Assembly (NCBI GenBank): GCA_045599445.1
Contig: JAZRWB010000061.1
Span: forward strand, 12,623-76,622
DNA length: 64,000 nucleotides
Direction of reading: 5' to 3'
DNA from: Kiritimatiellia bacterium
Lineage (GTDB): Bacteria > Verrucomicrobiota > Kiritimatiellia > RFP12 > UBA1067
Shown here one piece after another: positions 27,844 to 37,475 of the stretch (its first letter is position 1; each line of letters starts with the position of its first letter). The position numbers and the translations under genes are program-made. The notes below the pieces were generated by a model that was not told the origin of the DNA, did no database searches, and saw only the letters and a list, made by a program, of their open reading frames with translations.

Positions 27844-28401
27844 TCAGGGAACCGCGCGATAAGCGGCGAGCGCTTTCTTAAACGCCGCCGAACCGAAGAA
27901 CCCGCAGGGCTTGAACTCGGGGCAAAAGCCGCGATAGACGCACTCGGGAACGCAACACGCGGCGACCTCCGGCTCCTTCTCCGCAATCGCGTCGACGACG
28001 AGCTTCCACGCCGCGCGCGTCTCGGAACTCGCCTGCCCGCAGAGCCGACGACGCGAAATGAACATTACCGCCTGGGCGTTCGCGAAGCACTCGTGCATCA
28101 CCGGCGCGTCTTGGCGATTGGCGTCGCGCACGACGCCCGTGCGGTCGGAGCGCTGAGTGGAGACGAAATGCTCGATACCGTATTTGTGGCGAACGAAGTG
28201 AACCGAAACCCAATAGGGCAAGTCCAACCACTTCCAATTGAAGCAAAGCTTGCGAATCGGCGAATGCTCGGCGAGCAGGATGCGCTTTTTCCAGCGCGAG
28301 CTCGGCTCGAGCGTTCCCTCTTCCTGACGAATCGTGGTGCGCGCCGCGTCCGCGACCTCGCGCCACGTCCCCTTTACCTTCAGAAACTTGATCTTCGCCA
28401 T
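27844..28401 (-). CDS. Short ThyX-like (flavin-dependent thymidylate synthase family) protein with C-terminal Cys cluster
   Basis: N-terminus aligns with ThyX (AARTTI ~ AARVSF, AEHSPIRKLCFNW ~ HGHETPFEHIVFTF). Motif FVRHKYGIEHFVS is RH(K)-X7-S against the ThyX RHR-X7-S. Only 185 aa, with an unusual tail CCVPECVYRGFCPEFKPCGFF. Confidence 0.4.
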   Translation of the reverse strand: MAKIKFLKVKGTWREVADAARTTIRQEEGTLEPSSRWKKRILLAEHSPIRKLCFNWKWLDLPYWVSVHFVRHKYGIEHFVSTQRSDRTGVVRDANRQDAPVMHECFANAQAVMFISRRRLCGQASSETRAAWKLVVDAIAEKEPEVAACCVPECVYRGFCPEFKPCGFFGSAAFKKALAAYRAVP

Positions 28402-28405
28402 ATCC

Positions 28406-29155
28406 TCACCTCTTCGTCTTGATGTCCGGAGTGGGCGGACGGTTGTAGACTCTGGAAAACGGCGGCACCGATTCGCGAAGCCAGACGTTACCGCCGATTT
28501 CGCTGCCGCGCCCGATAACCGTGTTGCCGCCGAGAATCGTCGCGCCCGCGTAGATTACGACGTCGTCCTCGACGTTCGGATGGCGCTTGACACCCTTGAC
28601 GAGCGCGCCGGTCGCCGGATCCTTGTCGAACGAAAGCGCGCCCAAGGTCACGCCCTGATAAAGTTTCACGTTCCGACCGATGACCGTGGTCTCGCCGATT
28701 ACAACGCCAGTGCCGTGGTCGATGAAGAACCGCTCGCCGATGATCGCGCCGGGATGGATGTCGATTCCGGTCTTGGAATGGGCAAGCTCGCTCATCACGC
28801 GCGGAATAATCGGCACTTTGAGCCGATAGAGTTCGTGCGCGAGCCGGTGAATGGCGACCGCGTAAAGCCCGGGATACGCCATCACCACCTCCATCGGACT
28901 CGTCGCCGCCGGGTCGCCCTCGTAAGCGGCCTCAACGTCGGAGTCGACGAGGCGCTTGATCTCGGGCAGGGCGCGAACGAATTCGGCGACGACTTCCTTC
29001 GCGTTCCGCTCCGGGGAAAGCATGGAAACTTCCTCTTCCAGACGAGACGCGATCTCCCCGGTCGGGTCTTTCGCGCCCAATTCGCCGTACACGCAAGGAT
29101 TAAGGAGCGCCATGGCCTTGCGTACGATATGTTCGACTCGTTCGGGAAGCGTCAT
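28406..29155 (-). CDS. cysE: Serine O-acetyltransferase
   Basis: SATase N-terminal domain plus hexapeptide repeats DIHPGAIIGERFFIDHGTGVVIGETTVIG. Confidence 0.85.
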   Translation of the reverse strand: MTLPERVEHIVRKAMALLNPCVYGELGAKDPTGEIASRLEEEVSMLSPERNAKEVVAEFVRALPEIKRLVDSDVEAAYEGDPAATSPMEVVMAYPGLYAVAIHRLAHELYRLKVPIIPRVMSELAHSKTGIDIHPGAIIGERFFIDHGTGVVIGETTVIGRNVKLYQGVTLGALSFDKDPATGALVKGVKRHPNVEDDVVIYAGATILGGNTVIGRGSEIGGNVWLRESVPPFSRVYNRPPTPDIKTKR

Positions 29156-29158
29156 CTT

Positions 29159-30052
29159 TTAAAATGCGAGCGACAGCGTAACGCCGCCCGTGAAATTGCA
29201 GGTATCGTCGATCTTGTCGAAGCAATACGCCGTTCTCCGATATTCCTTCGCGGCATCGCGAATCGTCTCGTCGAACAAAATGTCGGTGTAGGCCGCGTAG
29301 CCGGAAAGCGAAAGGTTCTCGCAGATATTCCAGGTAAGCTCCAACTTCGCGCGAGTGTCCATAAGTCCGCCGTGACGAAGCGGCTCGCCATCGTAATCGC
29401 GAACCAAATACGCCGCCACGCGCTGCGAATTGCCGTATCCTTGGGAGAGCGAAGCGCGAAGCGTCAATATAGGGTCCTCGCTCTCGCCTTCGACAAGCGT
29501 GAAGGTGTGGCCGATTTCAAGATTGAAGTAGGAACCCTGATCGCGCATCAAATCGCGTTCCCAGTAAAACGCCGGCTCGAACCAAAGATCGGGCAAGTAC
29601 AGTCCAAGCGTAAGAAACTGGGTATCCTCTGCCCACGTCTTGTAGGCGGGGTCGCCCGCGTTCTTGGCGTCGCGCCACTTTGAGTTCGGATGGTACTCGT
29701 AATCGTAGTTGGCGTAAAAGCCGATTGTCGTCGGCAACCACTCGTAATCGTCGGCGCTGAACTCATGACCCAATTCGACATTGGGGTGAAGCTCGATATA
29801 TCGCCACGAGCGATCGGTGTAGCCGGCCTTGCGTCCGTATTTGGTTATATCGAAAATCGAGTAGACGCCGATTTTCAGCCAATCGAAGAAGGTTGCGGAT
29901 GCTGCTGGAGTTAAAATGGGATCGTTATTGTCGACGAGACCATAACTTAAGTACTTTGAATCAAAAGCAAGCGAGAAATTCGCCGACACTTCACTGCCAG
30001 CGAAAGCCAAACTGGCCACTAATAACACCGCAACAACTACTATTTTTTTCAT
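29159..30052 (-). CDS. Outer-membrane beta-barrel protein (putative porin)
   Basis: Signal peptide MKKIVVVAVLLVASLAFA. Aromatic-rich alternating pattern. Ends with a C-terminal aromatic residue (...LSLAF). The ORF-track N-terminal extension overlaps feoB and is rejected. Confidence 0.55.
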   Translation of the reverse strand: MKKIVVVAVLLVASLAFAGSEVSANFSLAFDSKYLSYGLVDNNDPILTPAASATFFDWLKIGVYSIFDITKYGRKAGYTDRSWRYIELHPNVELGHEFSADDYEWLPTTIGFYANYDYEYHPNSKWRDAKNAGDPAYKTWAEDTQFLTLGLYLPDLWFEPAFYWERDLMRDQGSYFNLEIGHTFTLVEGESEDPILTLRASLSQGYGNSQRVAAYLVRDYDGEPLRHGGLMDTRAKLELTWNICENLSLSGYAAYTDILFDETIRDAAKEYRRTAYCFDKIDDTCNFTGGVTLSLAF

Positions 30053-30075
30053 AACCGTATCCTCAATAATTTGAA

Positions 30076-32277
30076 TTATATCATATCGACACGATGATGT
30101 TTGCCAAAAACCCAAAAGAGCGCGAACATTGCGGCGGGAATCGTCAGCCCCGTCATTAGCCAGAAAACACTCCCCGAAACCATTAGCGCGTGGTAAACCG
30201 TCGCCACCGACCACCCAAGTGCCGTAAGATACGCCACAAAAATCGTGCCGTAGAACTTGCCGATTTCCTTAAAGACCACCGCCGTCGCCCCGACGCAGGG
30301 AACGTAAAGGAGAATGAAGAGCAAGAATGCGAACGCCTGATGAAACCCCTTTGAGAAATGATTCTTAAGTTCGGTGCGCTCGGATATCTCCGCATGCTTC
30401 GCGGCCCGATGCCCGGCAAAATCACCGCCCCATCCTTCGCCAACGGGACAGTTCTTGTTCGCGGCAGACTGCGAATAGAGTCCGTTCAGCGTTCCAATCA
30501 CCGATTCTTTGGCGAATAGTCCAGTAAAGATCGCAACCGACGCCTCCCAGTTGTCCTTCTCGACCCCGATTGGCTCGAAAACCGGCGTACACGCGCGGCC
30601 GATCGAGGAAAGGAGCGTATTGGACGAAATCTCGTCATTCACCCGAGCGTAGCCGTGAATGTCGAAGCTATTAAGTAGGCCAAGTATAAGCATCATCGGA
30701 ACGATGAACTTGCCGGCGCGCCAAATAAAGCCGACGAGATTGTCGAGCGCATGCCGAAGGAAGTGCCGAGGGCGCGGCAGATGATACGGCGGCAGCTCCA
30801 TAATGAAGTGCGCGGGGTTGCCGCGAAAGAGCGTCTTTTTAAGGACGAATCCGACAAGCGTCCCCAAGACGATGCCGACGAGATACAAGGCGAGCATCAG
30901 CTTCCACGGATGCTCCGGCGAGAACGCGACCGCAAACGCCGCATAGACGGGCAGCTTCGCGCCACAGCTCATGAACGGAATCATAAAAACGGTAAGCAAT
31001 CTATCCCGCTTCGACTCGAGCATGCGCGTTGCGAGAATCGCCGGCACCGTGCACCCGAAGCCCACGAGCAGCGGCACGAAGGACTTGCCCGGAAGTCCGA
31101 GCGCACGCATGAACCTGTCCGCAAGAAAGGCCGCGCGCGAAATGTAGCCGGAGTCCTCGAGAATCGCGAGCGCGAGAAACATCGTAAAGATAACCGGGAT
31201 GAACGAAAAGAGGATGTTGAACGCACCGCCAACGGCCATGATTACGGCGACCGCCCAATCGGGCGCACCCGTAATTGTAGCGAAAAGTCCGGGCAGATAC
31301 TGGAAGATCGCCGAGCCCCAGTGATGGAAAAACTCCGTGGGTTTCCCGCCCATCGCGCTGACCAGCCCGAACACTCCCGCCATAATGAGGAAAAATAGCG
31401 GCAATCCGAGAAACCGGTTCAGCACAAATCGATCGATGATTTCGGAAAAGTACATCTTCGACTGGCGCACTTGAACGACATCGCGCACAAGTCCCGTAAT
31501 GATGCCGTAGCGCGCCTCGGCAAGCTCGATGTCCGGCGGATCCGCGAGCACCTTCGTAACGCGCTCGATCGCGCCTTCGATTACCTCCGGCGCCATGTCG
31601 TGATAATCGATTAGCGCCTTGGTGACGAGCGGTTCGCCTTCCAGCGCCTTGATCGCCACCCAACGCGGCGAAACCTTCAGCCCCTCGGCGGTCTTGATCG
31701 TGCAGGACGCGAGAATGTCGATTTCCGCTTCAAGTTCGTTTCCGTACTCGAGCTTGAGCGACGGTATCAGCGACTTCGGCTCGACGAGCAGAGACGAAAG
31801 ACTTTTTTGCAACTTGCGAATGTCGAGCGGATTGTTGCCGTTAACTCCGAAGACGGGAACGCCGAGATGCTCCGAGAGATGCTTGAGATTGACGGCGATG
31901 TTCCGATGACGCGCAATGTCCATCATCGACACCACCACGACCATCGGAACTCGGAGCTCGCACATGACGAGCGTCAGGTAAAGATTGCGCTCCAACGCCG
32001 TCGCGTCGACGATGTTCACGTAAAGGTCGGCCTCGTGCTTCAGCACGTATTCGAGCGTCGCGCGCTCGTCTTCACTGGTCGCCGTAAGCGAATAGACTCC
32101 GGGCAAATCGACGATCTTGGTTTGACCGTCGGTTGAAAGCGGCAGCTCGGCGACGCCTTCTTTCTTCTCGACCGTAACTCCCGGCCAGTTGCCGATCGGT
32201 TGCTTCAATCCGGTCAAGGCGTTGAAGATCGTCGTCTTTCCGCAATTGGGATTCCCGATTAGCCCAATCGTCTTCAT
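30076..32277 (-). CDS. feoB: Ferrous iron transporter FeoB
   Basis: N-terminal G-domain GNPNCGKTT...DLPG, C-terminal polytopic permease. 733 aa. Confidence 0.9.
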   Translation of the reverse strand: MKTIGLIGNPNCGKTTIFNALTGLKQPIGNWPGVTVEKKEGVAELPLSTDGQTKIVDLPGVYSLTATSEDERATLEYVLKHEADLYVNIVDATALERNLYLTLVMCELRVPMVVVVSMMDIARHRNIAVNLKHLSEHLGVPVFGVNGNNPLDIRKLQKSLSSLLVEPKSLIPSLKLEYGNELEAEIDILASCTIKTAEGLKVSPRWVAIKALEGEPLVTKALIDYHDMAPEVIEGAIERVTKVLADPPDIELAEARYGIITGLVRDVVQVRQSKMYFSEIIDRFVLNRFLGLPLFFLIMAGVFGLVSAMGGKPTEFFHHWGSAIFQYLPGLFATITGAPDWAVAVIMAVGGAFNILFSFIPVIFTMFLALAILEDSGYISRAAFLADRFMRALGLPGKSFVPLLVGFGCTVPAILATRMLESKRDRLLTVFMIPFMSCGAKLPVYAAFAVAFSPEHPWKLMLALYLVGIVLGTLVGFVLKKTLFRGNPAHFIMELPPYHLPRPRHFLRHALDNLVGFIWRAGKFIVPMMLILGLLNSFDIHGYARVNDEISSNTLLSSIGRACTPVFEPIGVEKDNWEASVAIFTGLFAKESVIGTLNGLYSQSAANKNCPVGEGWGGDFAGHRAAKHAEISERTELKNHFSKGFHQAFAFLLFILLYVPCVGATAVVFKEIGKFYGTIFVAYLTALGWSVATVYHALMVSGSVFWLMTGLTIPAAMFALFWVFGKHHRVDMI

Positions 32278-32519
32278 CGAACGTCCTTCTTGTCCAACTG
32301 CTTGACCTTGATGACCTTGACCTCGTCTCTTCTAAGCGAAAGGTGATAACCGCGAACCGCGATCTCGAACGGATCGCCGAGCGGCGCGATGTTGATGATC
32401 TTAAGTTGCGTTCCGTGAGTCAACCCGAGCGCCAGCAACTTGGCGCGATAGACGGCGTTCCCCATCGTGTAGCCCACGATCTCCGCGAGTTCCCCGACTT
32501 TAAGTTCTGCCATCGTCAT
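32274..32519 (-). CDS. feoA: FeoA
   Basis: 81-aa SH3-like protein. 4-bp overlap with feoB. Confidence 0.8.
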   Translation of the reverse strand: MTMAELKVGELAEIVGYTMGNAVYRAKLLALGLTHGTQLKIINIAPLGDPFEIAVRGYHLSLRRDEVKVIKVKQLDKKDVR

Positions 32520-32568
32520 TGAAGCGTTCCTTAGGAGTTAGACGTGGCAAAGTTTATCATAACCTACC

Positions 32569-33417
32569 CTACACCGTCAAGACTCGCTTGACTTTTACGT
32601 CCGTTTCCGACTGCGGCAAGGCGCTTACAAGTTGGAAGTCGTAGCCGACGCCGACGGTAACGGCATCCGCCCGCGCCGAGGCGAGGAAACGGTCGTACCA
32701 ACCCCCTCCGAACCCCAAGCGCTCGCCCGCTTTCGTAAAGGCGAGCCCGGGTACGACCCACAAATCGACCGATTCAGGATTACGCACGAGATAGCCGTCC
32801 GCGGTTTTCTCGGGAAACGCGACGGCAACGCCTCTTAGCCGACACTCATCGACGAAAAAGGCGAGATCGAGTTCGCTCTTAAGCGCCTCGTACGCGCAAA
32901 CCGACCGCGCCCCGTCCAGCATCTCCACGAGCTTCTCGCAAAGTTCCCGCGATTTTCGCGCACGCGTCTCCGACGAAACGGCGGCGCGCAACTTCTTCAT
33001 TTCCGCGCGAACGAGCGCCTTCCACGGCTCGCGAACAAAAGCCCTTTCGTTCGCCCGCGGATGCGGCAGAGTCAACGACGGCGAGTCCGATTCAAGTCCG
33101 TCAAAATCGACGAGATCGACGTCAATCGTGCGCGGACCGTTGCGAATCGTCCGAACTCTTCCGAGCGCATCTTCGACCGCGTGCATTCTCGCGGAGAAAT
33201 CATCCATCGTAAGCTCGGTATCGAATCGCGCGACCTGATTGAGAAACTTGAGATTCACGAATTCCCGCGGCACGTCGACCGGCTCGGTTTCCTCGACGTC
33301 GCTCGCGTCCACCAATCGCGTCGACGGAAAGTCGCCAAGCGCCGCGAGCGCCCTTTCGAGCATTTCCTTCCTCGGCTCCAGATTGGAACCGAGCGCGACG
33401 ACTACGCGACGAGACAT
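32569..33417 (-). CDS. folK: Bifunctional fusion: HPPK (FolK) plus 5-formyltetrahydrofolate cyclo-ligase
   Basis: N-terminal half has VVALGSNLE...LTLPHPRANERAFV (HPPK). C-terminal half has VCAYEALKSELDL...GFGGGWYDRFL (5-FCL). Start taken at MSRRVVVALGSN. Confidence 0.7.
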   Translation of the reverse strand: MSRRVVVALGSNLEPRKEMLERALAALGDFPSTRLVDASDVEETEPVDVPREFVNLKFLNQVARFDTELTMDDFSARMHAVEDALGRVRTIRNGPRTIDVDLVDFDGLESDSPSLTLPHPRANERAFVREPWKALVRAEMKKLRAAVSSETRARKSRELCEKLVEMLDGARSVCAYEALKSELDLAFFVDECRLRGVAVAFPEKTADGYLVRNPESVDLWVVPGLAFTKAGERLGFGGGWYDRFLASARADAVTVGVGYDFQLVSALPQSETDVKVKRVLTV

Positions 33418-34070
33418 CGCACCACCTCGCTCGCCAAGGCCATCCCGAAAGTCGCGGTAACCGTAACCAAGCTGCCGCGCTCGGCGCATTCCATCGGACG
33501 CTCCTTCGACCAAACACACCTAAACGCGTTCGGGGTCTTTCCCGATTCGCGAAAGCGACGACGCAACGCCTTGGCAAGAGCGTCTCCCGCAACCTGCTCG
33601 AAATCCGACGCCACTACCGCCGTCGGATTGATCCTCAATGCCGCGCCCATGCTGGAAAAAACCGGCTTGCCCGCGTCCAACGCCCGGATGATCAGTTTCG
33701 CCTTGCAGTCGACGCTGTCGATGGCGTCCACAATCGCATCGTACGTGGAAAAGTCGAAATCGCCCTCGAAGCGTCGGTCGATCGCCTCGACCGCGCACTT
33801 CGGGTTCACCGCCAACAGGCGTTCGCGAAGCGCCTTGACCTTGGATTCTCCGATGGTCGACGGCAACGCCTGAAGCTGACGATTGCAGTTGGACTCGACG
33901 ACGCGGTCGTCGTCCATCAGCGCCACGCCGCCGACGCCCGTGCGCACCAACGCCTCCGCGCACCAACTGCCGACGCCACCGACCCCGACTACCAGCACTC
34001 GCGCAGTCTTAAGCCGACTCGTCGCCGCCGCGCCGAGCAACGCCTCGGCTCTGGCAAGATATCCGTTCAC
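33402..34070 (-). CDS. tcdA: ThiF/MoeB-family tRNA threonylcarbamoyladenosine dehydratase TcdA-like
   Basis: VLVVGVGGVGSWCAEALVRTGVGGVALMDDDRVVESNCNRQ. GTG start at 34070 in a GTGA overlap with the nadD stop. Confidence 0.65.
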   Translation of the reverse strand: MNGYLARAEALLGAAATSRLKTARVLVVGVGGVGSWCAEALVRTGVGGVALMDDDRVVESNCNRQLQALPSTIGESKVKALRERLLAVNPKCAVEAIDRRFEGDFDFSTYDAIVDAIDSVDCKAKLIIRALDAGKPVFSSMGAALRINPTAVVASDFEQVAGDALAKALRRRFRESGKTPNAFRCVWSKERPMECAERGSLVTVTATFGMALASEVVRCLVA

Positions 34071-34699
34071 GGCTTCAAATACAGCCGGCAATGGCAAAGA
34101 CCGTGATAATTCGGATCGGCGAGCTGCGCCTTGAACTCGTCGCACGGACAAAAGAACTCCGGCAATTTCGGCAATCTGCACGGGCAATAGCCGTTTTTGC
34201 GCACCACTCCCTCGCGAACCGTTTTCGCGAGTCGCGCGTCGGGATTGACCGCAACCCGGTTGTCCTCGAAAAGTTTGCGGATCGCCGAGGACGATTCGCT
34301 GGTGCGCGGGAAGGAATCGAAAACGCAAAGCTTTTTCAGTTCGTCGTAGTCCTTCCACTCCTCAAGCCTCGCGACCGAATCCTCGCCGACGAGAAAATGA
34401 ATTTCCGCTCCCGGATTCTCCTCGACGATTTCGCGCACGGTGTCGATCGCGTACGACACTCCGCCGCGCCGAATTTCCCGCTCGTCGACTTCGACCTTGT
34501 CCATTCCGGCGAAAGCCGCTCTGACCAGTTCCAATCGATCCCAAGGCATCGCGGGACGCGCTTCGGTCTTAAAAGGACTCGTATTCGCCGGAACAATCAG
34601 CAATCGGTCGAGCGACAGATTCTCGATCGCCTTGCGGGCGAGATTCACGTGTCCGAGATGAACGGGATTGAAGCTTCCGCCGTAAATTCCGAGTTTCAT
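34067..34699 (-). CDS. nadD: Nicotinate-nucleotide adenylyltransferase with ~45-aa Cys-rich C-terminal extension
   Basis: GIYGGSFNPVHLGH (HxGH). Tail NGYCPCRLPKLPEFFCPCDEFKAQLADPNYHGLCHCRLY has a CPC...CPC...CHC pattern suggesting a zinc ribbon. Confidence 0.75.
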   Translation of the reverse strand: MKLGIYGGSFNPVHLGHVNLARKAIENLSLDRLLIVPANTSPFKTEARPAMPWDRLELVRAAFAGMDKVEVDEREIRRGGVSYAIDTVREIVEENPGAEIHFLVGEDSVARLEEWKDYDELKKLCVFDSFPRTSESSSAIRKLFEDNRVAVNPDARLAKTVREGVVRKNGYCPCRLPKLPEFFCPCDEFKAQLADPNYHGLCHCRLYLKP

Positions 34700-34703
34700 A
34701 ACC

Positions 34704-35987
34704 CTAAATCCTCCTAATGTCCGCGCCAAGCGCTCCGAGCCGATTTTCCACGCGCACGTAGCCGCGATCGACCGTCTCCGCGTTCAAAATCGTCGTCTCG
34801 CCTTTCGCGGAAAGCGCGGCGATTACCAGCGAAATCCCGGCGCGAATGTCGTTGGCGGCGACCATTCCTCCGCAAAGCTGCGAGGGGCCGGTAACCACCA
34901 CGCGATGCGGATCGCACTGCACGATCTTCGCCCCCATCTGCCGCAGATGATCCACGAAATAAAGCCGCGATTCGAACATCTTCTCGAAAAAAAGGCACGT
35001 TCCCCGCGCCTGAGTGGCGAGCACGATAAGTACCGACATGAGATCCGACGGAAAGGCCGGCCACACGCCGTCGGCGATCGAGGGAATCGCGTCGCCGAGA
35101 TCGTAATTCATCTTGAGCCGCCGACGGGGAACGTAATGGAGCGAGCCGGCTTTTTCGTCGATAGTCCAACTTATTCCGAAGCGCCGAAAAGCCCCTTCCA
35201 AAACCTCGAACGGCGCGGGGTCGATCCCCGTAAGAACGAGCTCGCCGCCGGTTGCGGCCGCGGCCGCGATGTAGCTGCCGGCCTCGATGTAATCGCAACC
35301 GATTCTCGCCTCGCACCCGTGCAAACTCTCGACTCCCTCGACGAGAATGCGATTAGTACCGGCGCCGGAGATCTTCGCCCCCATTTTTGAGAGCATCGTC
35401 GCGAGATCCACGATATGCGGTTCGCAGGCGGCGTTGTAGATTTCGGTACGGCCCTTCGCCAACACCGACGCCATCAAAATGTTTTCCGTCGCGGTAACCG
35501 ACGCCTCGTCGAGCAATATCCGAGCGCCCTTGAGGTCGCCGCGAAAGGCCAGCGCCTTCTTGCCGACGGTCGCGCGAGCGCCCAACGCCTTGAAACCGGC
35601 GAAATGGGTGTCGAGCCGACGATGACCGATGGCGTCGCCGCCGGGCGGCGGCAAGCTCGCGCGTCCGAACCGCGCAAGCAAGGGACCGGCGAAGAGAAAC
35701 GAGGTGCGCAAACGCGCCGAAAGCTCCGGATCGATCCGCGCGGTCTTGAGGCGCGAGGCGACCAGCGTCACCGTTCCCTCGCGCAAATTGCGCGAAACTT
35801 TCGCGCCGAAGGTCTTCGCAACCTCCAGCATCGCGGCGACATCGTCGATTTCCGGCACGTTGACGAGCGTCACCGGTTCGGCGGAGAGTAGCGAAGCGGC
35901 GATCATCGGCAAGGCGGCGTTCTTGTTTCCAGAGACCCGATGCGTCCCCGAAATCGTCTTGCGCCCCTGGATTACGAATTTGGACAC
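34704..35987 (-). CDS. murA: UDP-N-acetylglucosamine 1-carboxyvinyltransferase
   Basis: N-terminus MSKFVIQGRKTISGTHRVSGNKNAALP. 427 aa EPT fold. Confidence 0.9.
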   Translation of the reverse strand: MSKFVIQGRKTISGTHRVSGNKNAALPMIAASLLSAEPVTLVNVPEIDDVAAMLEVAKTFGAKVSRNLREGTVTLVASRLKTARIDPELSARLRTSFLFAGPLLARFGRASLPPPGGDAIGHRRLDTHFAGFKALGARATVGKKALAFRGDLKGARILLDEASVTATENILMASVLAKGRTEIYNAACEPHIVDLATMLSKMGAKISGAGTNRILVEGVESLHGCEARIGCDYIEAGSYIAAAAATGGELVLTGIDPAPFEVLEGAFRRFGISWTIDEKAGSLHYVPRRRLKMNYDLGDAIPSIADGVWPAFPSDLMSVLIVLATQARGTCLFFEKMFESRLYFVDHLRQMGAKIVQCDPHRVVVTGPSQLCGGMVAANDIRAGISLVIAALSAKGETTILNAETVDRGYVRVENRLGALGADIRRI

Positions 35988-36003
35988 CGCCCGAACTCTC
36001 CCT

Positions 36004-36663
36004 TCACGAGGAAAGCGCGTCGATTCGCCTCGCTTCGCCGAACACGATCAGGCGATCATCGGCGGAGATGACGTCATTGGCCTGCGGAATGATGATCTTC
36101 CGCGGCTTCTTGGAATCCGCGTCGTTGCGACGAATGCACAACACCGTAACGCCGTCCCGCTTGCGCAAATCCGCCTCGGCGAGGGTCTTTCCGCGAATCC
36201 GCTCGGGAACCTCGATCTCGGCGATCGAATATCCGTCGGAAACCTCGAAGAAATCGATGGCGTCGTGGTTCGCGATCGAACGCGCGAGCCGATGGGCGCT
36301 GTCGCGATCGGGATAGACGACCGAATCCGCGCCGATGCGCCGCAGAATTTTGCCGTGCAGCTCGCTCGTCGCCTTGGCGACGACGTTGGCGACGCCCAGC
36401 TCCTTGCAGTTCGCGGTGGCCATGATCGACGCCTCCATGTTCGAGCCAATCGCCACCACTACGACGTCGCACTCTCCGAAACCCGCCTCCTCCAGCACGT
36501 GCGGCTGGGTCGCGTCGCCCTGCAACGCGGTCGCGAACTCGCTCGCGAGTTGCATCGCCGGGCGATTGCGGTCGATTAATAGCACCTCGGTTCCGGCGTT
36601 GGCCAACGACTCCGCAAGCGACATGCCGAACCTGCCGGCGCCGATGATTCCGATTCTTTTCAC
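36004..36663 (-). CDS. trkA: TrkA/KtrA-type K+ transport regulatory protein (TrkA-N plus TrkA-C)
   Basis: IGIIGAGRFGMSLAESL Rossmann motif. 219 aa. Confidence 0.75.
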   Translation of the reverse strand: MKRIGIIGAGRFGMSLAESLANAGTEVLLIDRNRPAMQLASEFATALQGDATQPHVLEEAGFGECDVVVVAIGSNMEASIMATANCKELGVANVVAKATSELHGKILRRIGADSVVYPDRDSAHRLARSIANHDAIDFFEVSDGYSIAEIEVPERIRGKTLAEADLRKRDGVTVLCIRRNDADSKKPRKIIIPQANDVISADDRLIVFGEARRIDALSS

Positions 36664-37463
36664 TCGAGCTCCATTTTCTTCGCTTCCGCGACCAGCGCTT
36701 GCGAGTAGGGATGGACGGGATGGTTGAAAAACTCCGCCGGATCGTCGCTGCGTTCGATCACCAAGCCGTTCTTCATCACCGCGAGCTTGGTCGCCATCTG
36801 CGAAACGACGCCGAGATCGTGGGTAATGAGCAATACCGCGGAATTGGCGCGATGCAGCTCCTTTATGAGCTTCAGAACCTGCGCCTGAACAGTGACATCG
36901 AGCGCGGTCGTCGGCTCATCGGCGATTACCAGATCCGGCTCGAGCATAAGCCCCATCGCAATCATCACCCGCTGCTGCATGCCGCCGGAAAGCTCGTGGG
37001 GATACGCCTTCGCCCAGACCTCGGGGCTCATCGTCGAGTTGCCGCGAACCTTACCGAGCCAGGTAAGCGCCTTTTCACGCGCCGCCGCCTTCGAGACGTC
37101 CTCGTGCAGGAGAATCGTCTCCACCAACTGCTCGCCGATTCGGTGCAACGGCGAAAGCGAACCCATCGGATCCTGGAAGACTACACCAATCTTCTTGCCG
37201 CGAATCTTCCGCAGCTTCGCGAGCGGCATCGAAAGCGTGTCCTCGCCATCGAGCAATATCCGGCCTTTGGGATAAAACGCCGGCGGGCTCGGCAACAATC
37301 TGGCGATGCTCATCGAGACCGAGCTTTTCCCCGAACCCGATTCGCCGACAATACCCAGAACTTCGCCGCGATCCAGTTCCAAATCGACGTCCCGCGCCGC
37401 CGCGGTTACCTCGCCCTCGTCGTTACGGAACGACACGTCCAAATCTTTGATTTCGAGCAACAT
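36660..37463 (-). CDS. ABC transporter ATP-binding protein (peptide/nickel Dpp/Opp-type ATPase)
   Basis: Walker A GESGSGKS, signature LSGGMQQR, Walker B LVIADEPT. The -10 TGATATAAT ends 6 nt before the ATG, predicting a leaderless mRNA. Confidence 0.8.
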   Translation of the reverse strand: MLLEIKDLDVSFRNDEGEVTAAARDVDLELDRGEVLGIVGESGSGKSSVSMSIARLLPSPPAFYPKGRILLDGEDTLSMPLAKLRKIRGKKIGVVFQDPMGSLSPLHRIGEQLVETILLHEDVSKAAAREKALTWLGKVRGNSTMSPEVWAKAYPHELSGGMQQRVMIAMGLMLEPDLVIADEPTTALDVTVQAQVLKLIKELHRANSAVLLITHDLGVVSQMATKLAVMKNGLVIERSDDPAEFFNHPVHPYSQALVAEAKKMELE

Positions 37464-37475
37464 AACCTTATTATA

